Source: Pelagomonas calceolata (taxonomy: Eukaryota). Taken from it: DNA of 64,000 bases. Positions within the stretch are counted from its first letter, which is position 1; every line of letters begins with the position of its first letter. The stretch covers positions 620,001-684,000 of the forward strand of contig CAKKNE010000003.1 in the NCBI GenBank assembly GCA_918797485.1, in the 5' to 3' direction. Under the pieces are notes generated by a model. The model did no database searches. It was not told the DNA's origin and worked only from the letters and a program-made list of their open reading frames with translations. Shown one piece after another: positions 56,213 through 64,000 of this stretch. The translations under genes were made by a program, and so were the position numbers.

Positions 56213-57220
56213 TTACCCTCTAATCTTCGCCACGCGGTCCGCAAACCCCACGTGCCGCGACCCGCTCGCGGCGCCGAGGTAGCGCACGCCGACGATGAGG
56301 TCCCGCAGCAGCGTCCCCGCCAGCTCGGGCAGGAGCGCGTTCGTCGCGCCGCGCGTGGCGCCTTGCGTCGCGTGCGCGCCGCGGCCCACGAGGCCCAGGT
56401 AGAACACGTGGCGCGGGCCGACGTCGTTCGCCGGCGCGCGGTGGAACAGCGCCGCGTCGTACAGGACCGCGGCACCAGCGGCGTCGTAGGCGCGCAGCGC
56501 GGGCATCCCCGGCGGGTCGGGAAGGCGCCCGCCGAACGCGTCGCGCACGTGCGCGTGGAAGGTGGGCGCGTGCGTCCCGGGCAGCAGCTCCGTCGCCGCG
56601 ACGGCGCGCTCGTCGAGGTTCACCAGCAGCACGAGCTGGCGCGTGTTCGGCCGGTTCGCGTCGGCGTCGGCGTGCCAGGGCTGTGCCGCGGCGCCCGCGT
56701 CCGAGACGAGGCAGCCGAGCTCGACGATCTCCGGCTCGTCGCCGGCAAACGCGGCGCGGCACGCGTCGTAGGCCACCGCTAATTCGCCGACGACGTCGCG
56801 CACGGCCGGCGTGAGGTCGAGCGCGACGGCGTGGCGGTGCTCGGGGCTCCGGATCTTCGCGAAGCGGGCGTTCGCGGCGGCGAGCGGCAGCTTGAGCAGG
56901 CGCTCGACCTCGTGCCGCGCGTGCGTCCGCAGCGCGTTTCTCCGGTCGCGGTCGACGAGTGGGCCCAGCGCCGCGAAGCCCCGCTCCGCGAGCTGGCGCG
57001 CGCAGTCCTCGGCGAGCTCGCCCGGCGTCTGCGGCCGCGGCGGGGCTGGTGGTGGTGCTGCGCCGCAGGTCAGCTTGTGCGCTTGCTTCCAGTGCGTTGC
57101 TTGACAATCGCGGCTGCAGTAGACGACGGCGCGGCAGCGGCCGCAGCGCTTTGTTGCGGCGGGCTTGTGGCACAGGGCGCAGGGGTCGTGCGTTTGTGGG
57201 ATGATCTGGCGCGCCGCCAT
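56213..57220 (-). CDS. MYND zinc finger + PhyH-like 2OG-Fe(II) dioxygenase
   Basis: CALC...CGRCRAVVYCSRDCQATHWKQAHKLTC; QPWHAD, LLPGTH and LFHRAPAN...RHVFY. Confidence 0.85.
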   Translation of the reverse strand: MAARQIIPQTHDPCALCHKPAATKRCGRCRAVVYCSRDCQATHWKQAHKLTCGAAPPPAPPRPQTPGELAEDCARQLAERGFAALGPLVDRDRRNALRTHARHEVERLLKLPLAAANARFAKIRSPEHRHAVALDLTPAVRDVVGELAVAYDACRAAFAGDEPEIVELGCLVSDAGAAAQPWHADADANRPNTRQLVLLVNLDERAVAATELLPGTHAPTFHAHVRDAFGGRLPDPPGMPALRAYDAAGAAVLYDAALFHRAPANDVGPRHVFYLGLVGRGAHATQGATRGATNALLPELAGTLLRDLIVGVRYLGAASGSRHVGFADRVAKIRG

Positions 57221-57570
57221 CCTTTACCGATCAATCACTCCTTTTTTGGGCTGTGCTTTGGGCTGCTGTGTGTGCTTTTGCTTTTGACATCAGTGCCGTC
57301 GCAACGATTGCGCACTTTTGTTTGGCGGTCCCCAGGGGTCCTGTTTGTGCGCGCAAGCAGTCTTCTTGAATCGCTGCGGCCGCGTGTGGCGAGCTACAGG
57401 CCTAAAGGTGTGCTGCTCTCCAAGCCAGCGAGAGCCAAGTCGACATCCCCGCCCGCTGCTCAGCCCACGGCCGGAATAAACCAACAAGCGCTCTAAAGAG
57501 CCCTTGCCCCAGCCCTGAGACCCACGTAGCGAGTTCCCCGCCGCGCGCTCCCTAAGTTGGCACTGCACTG

Positions 57571-59187
57571 ATGGCTGAGAAGCAGCCGCCCGCCGCCGCG
57601 GGAACGAAGAAAAGCAAGGGCGCGCTCACGAACGAGGACGTCCTCATGACGCACGTCGCGCCGTGCTTGTCCTACATGGATCTCTTCTCGCTCGTGAAGA
57701 CGACGAAGGAGATGCGGTCGCGCCTCACGCACGAGCACTCGCTGACCGCCGTCCTCTTGAATGCGGACGACAAGTTCGGCAAGAACGCCAAAGCCACCAT
57801 CCGCAACGTCATGGATCTGTACGAGAAGGGGAAGATCCACAAGCCCTCGCCGATGCGCCTGCTGCGCCTGGCCAATGGCAAGCGGTGCGAAATGGGCCCG
57901 CCGTGCGACACGCCCGAGGCGCGCAAGGTCGTCAAAACCAGACCGGACTGGGGCCTGTTCTGCTGCTGGCCGCACACCGTCGGCGGTTCGGCCGAGATCT
58001 CGCTCTCGAAGAAGTCCCTCAAGACGTGGGGCGCCACCGTTGGCGACCCCCGGACGTGTCAACACTCCATGTCCAACAAGACGTTCCTCTGGAAGAAGCC
58101 CATGACAGCAGCCGACGGCGAGAAGATAGGCCCCATCACTACCGCTACATCGCCGCACGACGGCAGCACTCCCGACCCGACCCTCGTCCAGCTGTTCCAG
58201 CGCCTCGATCGCGAGGGCCGTGAGCGCATGAGCGCCGCGGCGGCCGTGAAAGCCGACGCGCGACAGAAGAAGAAGGCCTCGAAGGACCAGAAAATTGCAG
58301 CGATCGACGCTACGGTGAAGCGACTGGCTGGAGAAGTCCAAGGCGTCGCTGGCTGCCGCGCACTCGTGGAGCAGCTCGACCCGCTGTACCTCGCGCCGTC
58401 GAAGGCGTCGCCGGCAAAGCTGCGTGCCATTGTCGACGACGTGCGGGACGCTTATGCTGCTGCGGACGCGGCGCTCGGGGATTTTTCGTTCCTCGACGAG
58501 AGCAACCTACGCGACGCCGTGCTGAAGAAGGCGCTCACTATGCGCGGCTACCCCGAGCCCGTGGCTGAGTTCGCGCCCGCCGACTTCCTGCGCTACGCGT
58601 CGCGAGAGGTGCTCGATCTGGCGGCGGCCGGCCGCCTCCGCGAGGCGATGGTGCTGCGGCTGTACAACCAGCCGGTCGTTTGCGACGCACGGCGGATGTC
58701 CCGTCAGCTGGCGAGCATCAAGTACACGAGGCGGGCGTCCCCGAAACGGCTCAAGCAAGCGTTCATCGAGCTGATGGGACGGCCGCCAGCTGATGACCGC
58801 CGGAACATCGCGCAGGGCGCCTGGCAGCACGCGGTCGAGGCGCCCGCCGAGCCCGCGCTTGTCGATCCCCTCGTGCGCGCCAACTCCCCCGAAGCCCTCG
58901 AGGCCGTCGTGAACGCGGCGCGGGACATGTACGATCGCGCGCTCGCCGACGCCCGCGAGTTGGGCCAGCGCATCGACGCGGCTCGAAACCTCGACGCGGG
59001 CGCCGGCGAGGCGTTTCTGCTCAAGTACTCACATTTGAGATATGGCTTTTTCGTCAGCGGGATCGGGTCCGACTGGACATATGCGCGTATCCTGGAGTAC
59101 TACGACCAACAGAATGCTGGCCCGGGAGGCCAAATTAGTCGGGGGTCGGCGGCGTCGCCATTGGGTTTTTGGGCCGGCGACGCTTGA
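57571..59187 (+). CDS. Hypothetical protein (538 aa), possibly with an F-box-like N-terminus
   Basis: Long ORF with GC3 bias; EDVLMTHVAPCLSYMDLFSLVKTTKEMR resembles an F-box. Confidence 0.65.
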   Translation: MAEKQPPAAAGTKKSKGALTNEDVLMTHVAPCLSYMDLFSLVKTTKEMRSRLTHEHSLTAVLLNADDKFGKNAKATIRNVMDLYEKGKIHKPSPMRLLRLANGKRCEMGPPCDTPEARKVVKTRPDWGLFCCWPHTVGGSAEISLSKKSLKTWGATVGDPRTCQHSMSNKTFLWKKPMTAADGEKIGPITTATSPHDGSTPDPTLVQLFQRLDREGRERMSAAAAVKADARQKKKASKDQKIAAIDATVKRLAGEVQGVAGCRALVEQLDPLYLAPSKASPAKLRAIVDDVRDAYAAADAALGDFSFLDESNLRDAVLKKALTMRGYPEPVAEFAPADFLRYASREVLDLAAAGRLREAMVLRLYNQPVVCDARRMSRQLASIKYTRRASPKRLKQAFIELMGRPPADDRRNIAQGAWQHAVEAPAEPALVDPLVRANSPEALEAVVNAARDMYDRALADARELGQRIDAARNLDAGAGEAFLLKYSHLRYGFFVSGIGSDWTYARILEYYDQQNAGPGGQISRGSAASPLGFWAGDA

Positions 59188-59221
59188 TGAGTGTCACGTG
59201 TCACTAGATGTCTAAGTTACC

Positions 59222-59923
59222 TTACCCTTCGCCGCCAGCGCGCGCCGCCCGCCGCTCGCGCCGAGTCCTCGGCCGCGGCAGGCCCGGCTCTACAGTTATC
59301 GGTACCGGCTTCCGCCGCCGTTTCCGCGGCAGCAACGGCGCAGCGCAACGCGTAACGACGGCGGCCGCACAGGCGTCGGCCAGTTCATCACCGTCATCAA
59401 CCAAGCCCGCGGCCTCGAGATCAGCAAAGACATCATCATACGCGCGGCCCGTGACCGCGTCGAGCGCGAGCACGTGAACCCTCTGTAAATCAGCGTACTT
59501 CGCGCGCTTCTCGTCGATAGCCGCTTCGGCTACAGAAACGTCGCCGGCGAAGGCCCGGACCGTCACTTCGACGAAGGACCACTCGTCATCAACGCAGATG
59601 GAGACGTCGACGGCGCGGCGGCCGGGGCCCTTCAGGTCGAGGCCGAGGCGCCACAAGGGCGCGTCGCGGCGCACGTCGCTATGTAGTGCGCGGCAGGCCG
59701 CGGCGACGCGGCGGCAGACCGCGTCGTGGCGGTCGCGGCGTGCCGCTTGCGAGCGGATTTGGGAAGATAATTTGCGCGCGGCGTCGTCTGGAGTTAATTC
59801 GCAGCCCGGGGCGGCGTCGAGTAGTAACGCAGCCGCCTCCTCCTGTAAGCCGACCTTGTGAAGCGCCGGGCCGAGCTCCGACGGCGCGAGCGCCGCGACG
59901 GCGCTAATGACAAGAAATCTCAT
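59222..59923 (-). CDS. Hypothetical protein with a signal-like N-terminus and motifs resembling the restriction-like endonuclease (RLE) of non-LTR retrotransposons
   Basis: MRFLVISAVAALAP; RHDAV...AVDVSI...FVEVTV...EKRAKYADL. Confidence 0.55.
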   Translation of the reverse strand: MRFLVISAVAALAPSELGPALHKVGLQEEAAALLLDAAPGCELTPDDAARKLSSQIRSQAARRDRHDAVCRRVAAACRALHSDVRRDAPLWRLGLDLKGPGRRAVDVSICVDDEWSFVEVTVRAFAGDVSVAEAAIDEKRAKYADLQRVHVLALDAVTGRAYDDVFADLEAAGLVDDGDELADACAAAVVTRCAAPLLPRKRRRKPVPITVEPGLPRPRTRRERRAARAGGEG

Positions 59924-60102
59924 GAGGGCGGCGGCCACGTCGGCGGCGCGACGTCAATCAAAGCTTCGACGAACTCGCTGAGGATGGCCTCCTCGAGCTC
60001 CTCGTTGCGCGGCATGAGGTCCTCGTCGCCGCAGTCGTCGCCGTCGACCTCGGAGAAGGAGTCGGACTCGAGGTCCTCGTCTTTTGACGTTGCGGCGCCC
60101 AT
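59920..60102 (-). CDS. Short acidic ORF (60 aa) whose TGA overlaps the next ATG; a small gene, a uORF or a frameshifted 5' part
   Basis: MGAATSKDED...; GC3-biased codons; ATGA overlap at 59920-59923. Confidence 0.4.
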   Translation of the reverse strand: MGAATSKDEDLESDSFSEVDGDDCGDEDLMPRNEELEEAILSEFVEALIDVAPPTWPPPS

Positions 60103-60311
60103 TCTCCTTTGCGCTACGTGTGTTGCGTGCTATTTTGCGCGGCGGCTGGCGTGCTATTTTTTGGCAGCAGTGTGTTGGGCAGGGCTTTTGAGCGCGGCGG
60201 AGCGGCGAGCGTCCAGCGCGGCTGCTCCGGCGTTGGCGTGATATGTATTTTTCACTAACGGCGAGCTGCTCCGCGTTGCGCGCTCACGGACGGCGCCGGC
60301 TTTGTGTGTTT

Positions 60312-60333
60312 GCTAGTGTCTTACAGCCGCTAG
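60312..60333 (-). promoter_or_regulatory. Conserved intergenic motif, copy 8
   Basis: GCTAGTGTCTTACAGCCGCTAG, between divergent genes. Confidence 0.7.
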
Positions 60334-60663
60334 ATCAAAAGTCAAAGAGTCTCAATGAATCTATCCTAGTCGTTGGGAGTAGTGTAAGCGGCTACCTTCA
60401 CAATTCTTTTACATCGACTCCTCCCCCGCTGTCGATTGTACAAGCAGCAAGGGAGGCTAAATAAATGCAAATACGACGACGACAGTGCTCAAACAACCTT
60501 CGCAGGATAACTGATAGCCCATAGCGACACATTACTGAATAACTTGGCTCCGCATGCAGCAGCGCCTCAAAACAAAGCTTTGGAGAGCCTCTCCGCGCGC
60601 TTGCCGTCAGCGCGACGCCGACGCGCATCGATCACGCAAACAACCACGCAGGTCTCGAACACC

Positions 60664-61206
60664 ATGGCGGACAGCTGGGAGGACGACGACGCCGACGTCA
60701 CGCTGCCCGGCGCCGCCGCGCCGCCGGCCGCGTGGGACGACGAGGAGGAAGAGGAGGACCTCGCGAACAACGACCCGCCCCCGAAGCCGCCGCCGGCGCC
60801 GGCCAGCGAGAAAAAAGTCGTCGCCGAGAAGGACCCCGACGCCGTCGTCATCAAGTTGGACAACATGAACGACCACCTCAAACTCGTACCCTTGTTACTC
60901 GAGCGCTTCGAAGCCAAAAAGTCCAAGGACAGCCACGTCTTCATGTTCGTCAAGGAGCTCCTCAAGAAGACCGAATCACGGTTCTCGGCCGCCGAGTGTG
61001 GGGACTTGGCTATTATGGCAGGGAACTACCAAAAGACGAAGCAGCAGGCCATCGACAAGCCCACCGAGTCGAACGCCAAAAAAAAGTCCAAGAAGAAGTC
61101 CAAGAAAGAAAAACTCGAGCAGAAGAAGAAGGTCGACGACTTGTTCGGCGTCGCCGAGGCCGGCGAGTACGACCACTACGAGGACCAGTACGACGACTTC
61201 TTCTGA
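60664..61206 (+). CDS. EIF3J: Translation initiation factor eIF3 subunit J-like
   Basis: Acidic N-terminus (DSWEDDD...WDDEEEE), helical core, Lys-rich tract and C-terminal YDDFF. Confidence 0.7.
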   Translation: MADSWEDDDADVTLPGAAAPPAAWDDEEEEEDLANNDPPPKPPPAPASEKKVVAEKDPDAVVIKLDNMNDHLKLVPLLLERFEAKKSKDSHVFMFVKELLKKTESRFSAAECGDLAIMAGNYQKTKQQAIDKPTESNAKKKSKKKSKKEKLEQKKKVDDLFGVAEAGEYDHYEDQYDDFF

Positions 61207-61298
61207 GTAACTAGAGAAACGTGTACTAGTCAGCACGACGTCGCCGCGACGCGTCGAAGAGAGACACTAGCATGTTAAGCGACGGGAGAGCGAACCGA

Positions 61299-62138
61299 CT
61301 AGTCGACGTAGTCCGCCTTGACCTTGCGCCCGAGGTGCCACGCGCTCGACGAGAAGAGCGCGACGTTCACGGAGCAGAGCATGTAGTTGATCGGGTTCAC
61401 GAGGAGCGCGTACCTCGAGAAGAACGCTCCGGTGAGCGTCAGCGCCGTGTACTGCGCGAGCGAGATCTTCTCGACGGGCCGATCCAGCTCCATCATCGAC
61501 GCGCCGGAGATGAGCCACTTGCTCATGGGCGCCCAGAAGTGGACCGTGAAGGGCCCGGCGGCCGCGCCCGCGAACGTCGAGACCGGGCCGAGGTTTGCGG
61601 CGACGAGCGCCGACTGCAGCGTCGGCCCGGCGACGACCATGCCACCCAGCGCCGCGGCGCCCACCCCGGACTTCATGAGAATGTCCTGGACCTCCTCGTC
61701 CTTGCCCTGCGACGTCTTGTACTCCACGGCTCTCCGCATCTGGTTGAACTGGGCGACGACGTTTGAGCCGTGGCATGCAGCTAACAGGAGGTTCTGGGGC
61801 TTGACGATGATGGCCCACCGGCAGAACAGGGACGAGTAGATGATCATGACGGGTGTCATCGTCATCGAGATTTTTTCCGGCGAGGAGAACTGGGCGTCAT
61901 AAATCGCCGCGCCCGTCATGCCCCAGCCCGCGAGCGCGCCGAGGCCGCCCCAGAATTCCGCGCTCGACCACCAGCCCGGTTTCGCCTCCGGCGCGGCGGC
62001 CTTCTCCGCAGCCTTCTCGGCCGGCTTCTCTGATAGTAAGCGCCGCGGTGCGCGCTGAGCGCTGCGCTGCGACGCGCGGGCGAGTAGCGCACGCGTGCCG
62101 CTCGCCGCGGCGCGGCTGGCCAGCCTGCTGAGCATCAT
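61299..62138 (-). CDS. Mitochondrial pyruvate carrier with two fused MPC domains
   Basis: Presequence; domain 1 EFWG...PEKIS..MT..M.IYS.LF.RWA..VKPQNLLL.ACH; domain 2 AGPFTVHFWAP..KW...RPVEKIS..Q...RYA..VNP.NY.L..VN. Confidence 0.9.
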   Translation of the reverse strand: MMLSRLASRAAASGTRALLARASQRSAQRAPRRLLSEKPAEKAAEKAAAPEAKPGWWSSAEFWGGLGALAGWGMTGAAIYDAQFSSPEKISMTMTPVMIIYSSLFCRWAIIVKPQNLLLAACHGSNVVAQFNQMRRAVEYKTSQGKDEEVQDILMKSGVGAAALGGMVVAGPTLQSALVAANLGPVSTFAGAAAGPFTVHFWAPMSKWLISGASMMELDRPVEKISLAQYTALTLTGAFFSRYALLVNPINYMLCSVNVALFSSSAWHLGRKVKADYVD

Positions 62139-62624
62139 GGTGAGTGGCTTTGTGTGCGCTGCGCGCGCGGCGTTTTCAGAGATGAGCGACAAGCAACTTG
62201 AAAACCAAACGAAACGATGAGTTCGCTGTCGCAGCGATGCACCCGCGGCTCTGCAGCAGCAATGTGAATGGCAGTGCTGCTTTGCCCACTCAAAAGTGAA
62301 AGGGAGAGTGCCATCGACCAACCCTCGAGGCGTCTTCGCACTCGTCGGAAGGTGGAGGAGACGTCTCGCAAACGCCCAGCTGCCCGTGCCTGCGCCCCGC
62401 GGAGGAACACACCATCCTCGGAAGGAAATTTTAGCAGCGCGCAGCTCCATCGTGCAAGGCAGTGTCACGTGTTTTTGCCACGTAGTTCTCCCTATCATCA
62501 CGTACGAATAGTCGCTTTTGCATTGTTCGCCGCGGTTTGCAGGCTGCCCTTTGCCAGCCGAAATTTTTAGTGCGGTCCGCATTGCGCGCAGCGATCATTT
62601 CCGCGCGACGCAGGCGCCAGCACC

Positions 62625-63246
62625 ATGGTCCAAATCCACGAAGTGGCCGAATCCACGAAGGAAGCAACGGACGAAGGGGCCAAGGTCACCACCGTGTCGG
62701 AAGGCGCCGACGCCACGGCGGCGCCGCCGGCCGAAGACAAAAAGTCGCTATTGATGAGCCTCGGCCTGCCGGAGGAAGTGGCCGACGCGGCCATCGCGAG
62801 CGACGGTGACGGCTTCAAGGACGGGGCGTCGCGGGTGTCCATGTTCTACTCCCTGAAAGTTAACGACGACGCCAAGGCTGAATGGAAGGATCACTACCTA
62901 AATTACACAAAAGGCGCCAAGGCCTCGAAGGGCCACGTCAACGTCTCGCACTCGTACAACGAGGAGACGCGCGAGGTGATCTGCATCGAGACTATCACTG
63001 GGAAGGATGCGATGAGCAACCACATCGGCAACTGCTTGCCGCACTACGCTCAAATGCTCGGTTGTGGCGCAAGAGGCGGCGTCCGTGTTCTTGGTCGCTT
63101 CTCGCGTCTCAACGTTACTCTACACACAGGTTGTCATGAAGGAAATCATCTGCGTCTGCGACCCGGCGGAAATGGACTGGTTCAAGGCGTCCCTCGCGGC
63201 CTGGCAGCCGGAGAGAATGGTCTGCACGCCCGACCACTGCCCCTGA
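62625..63246 (+). CDS. Hypothetical protein (possibly dimeric alpha/beta-barrel, ABM-like); probable GC-AG intron at 63069-63129
   Basis: The frame is coding-like up to YAQMLGCG; after the ACACAG acceptor it continues VVMKEIICVCDPAEMDWF...CP*. Confidence 0.6.
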
Positions 63247-63277
63247 CGAACACTAGTAACATTCCACAGTACGATTA

Positions 63278-63757
63278 TCAACTAGGCCACGCGTCGACCA
63301 CGCCCACGTTTGTCGTCGCCGGCGGCGGTGCACTCGTCCGCCGCGCGACGCGACCTCGTATGCGCGCATCCACGACGGCCGCGCAGCGCGAGCACGCGCG
63401 CACGTAGCCCTCCACGGCCTCGCGGTCGAGCGACGCCGCCGCGCGCTGTACTGAATCGGGGCCGTCGTGGCCCTGGCAGAACCGCAGGGGCAGCCGATGA
63501 TTCGAGCAGCCGTCGCAGACGCAGGCGCCGCAGCGCCGGCAATGATGCCGCCGTCGCAGCAGAAAATTGAAGTGCTTGCCGCAGATCATGCACGCCGGCG
63601 TCGACCCGTCGGGCACGCGCGTCAGGCCGCGCGTCGCGAGGTGCTTCCGCCACGGCGCGTCGAGCGGGTCGCCGTCGCCGATCGGGGCGGGGAGCGGCGC
63701 GGCCACCGGCTGCGGCGACTCGCGGCCGGCGTCGGCCAAGCTCTGGTAGCCAGACAT
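63278..63757 (-). CDS. FYVE zinc-finger protein
   Basis: CMICGKHFNFLLRRRHHCRRCGACVCDGCS...VRACSRC. Confidence 0.9.
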   Translation of the reverse strand: MSGYQSLADAGRESPQPVAAPLPAPIGDGDPLDAPWRKHLATRGLTRVPDGSTPACMICGKHFNFLLRRRHHCRRCGACVCDGCSNHRLPLRFCQGHDGPDSVQRAAASLDREAVEGYVRACSRCAAVVDARIRGRVARRTSAPPPATTNVGVVDAWPS

Positions 63758-64000
63758 TTGACGGCTCAGTTCGTGTACTCGTTGGTCGTTTTGCGCAACA
63801 ACTGATATGCGTGCGTACTCCTCGCTGTTTTGCCCAACAACTGATGTGCGATGCTTCCGTGCGCACGATTACCTCCCTCTCAGCCCAAAGCTTGTAAAGT
63901 GCCGGTGTATCGCTGCCAGCAGCGGTCACTCTAGGCGCTGAGGGCCCAAAGCTGGTGCGAGGACGCGTATCTATGCGCGTAGCTCTGCAAGCCGGCCGCG

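Noticed and set aside
61261..61272. Partial AGACACTAGC match to the intergenic motif
   Set aside because: Half-site only, between convergent genes; not counted as a copy
63061..63129. Alternative GT donor at 63061 with a GTTGT direct repeat (introner-like)
   Set aside because: It gives a less protein-like frame overlapping the FYVE gene and has no TIR, so the GC donor at 63069 is preferred, though unverified
63788..63850. 24-bp direct repeat GTTTTGC.CAACAACTGAT.TGCG x2 upstream of the FYVE gene
   Set aside because: Only two copies with a 15-bp gap, consistent with a simple local duplication
1..64000. Hundreds of overlapping Arg/Ala/Pro-rich ORFs in alternate frames
   Set aside because: They are shadow ORFs expected from very high GC content and stop-poor antisense frames

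Overview
This is eukaryotic, very GC-rich, gene-dense, intron-poor DNA. The short GT/GC-AG introns with introner-type ends, together with the MYND/TPR/ankyrin gene families, suggest a pelagophyte-like stramenopile alga (Pelagomonas/Aureococcus type); this is an inference. About 24 protein-coding genes are visible. Recognisable ones include a TTLL tubulin ligase (frameshifted), a SAP-La protein, a RAD5/16-like SNF2 helicase, a multi-C2-ankyrin protein, a DnaJ protein, an AFG3/FtsH protease, delta-COP, a giant FHA coiled-coil protein, eIF3j, a fused MPC1-MPC2 carrier and a FYVE protein. The region at about 9.7-22.8 kb looks accessory. It holds decayed sequence and a secreted protein with a 663-bp higher-order Cys-rich repeat that is cut off at 18273. 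Next come a DD34E Tc1/IS630-like transposase and a convergent ORF whose likely N-terminus (MARTKPTDRR) mimics the histone H3 tail. Other highlights are (i) a 20-25-bp quasi-palindromic motif, GCTAGCG-N-TAAGACACTAGC, found 8 times and only between genes; (ii) introner-element introns with terminal inverted repeats (TIRs) and 8-bp target duplications; (iii) a possibly myristoylated RelA/SpoT-like nucleotidyltransferase-TPR-ankyrin protein with near-identical TPR units that vary at a few fixed positions; and (iv) a stand-alone protein resembling a retrotransposon restriction-like endonuclease. No rRNA, tRNA or CRISPR array was seen. All domain calls come from motifs read by eye, not from database searches.
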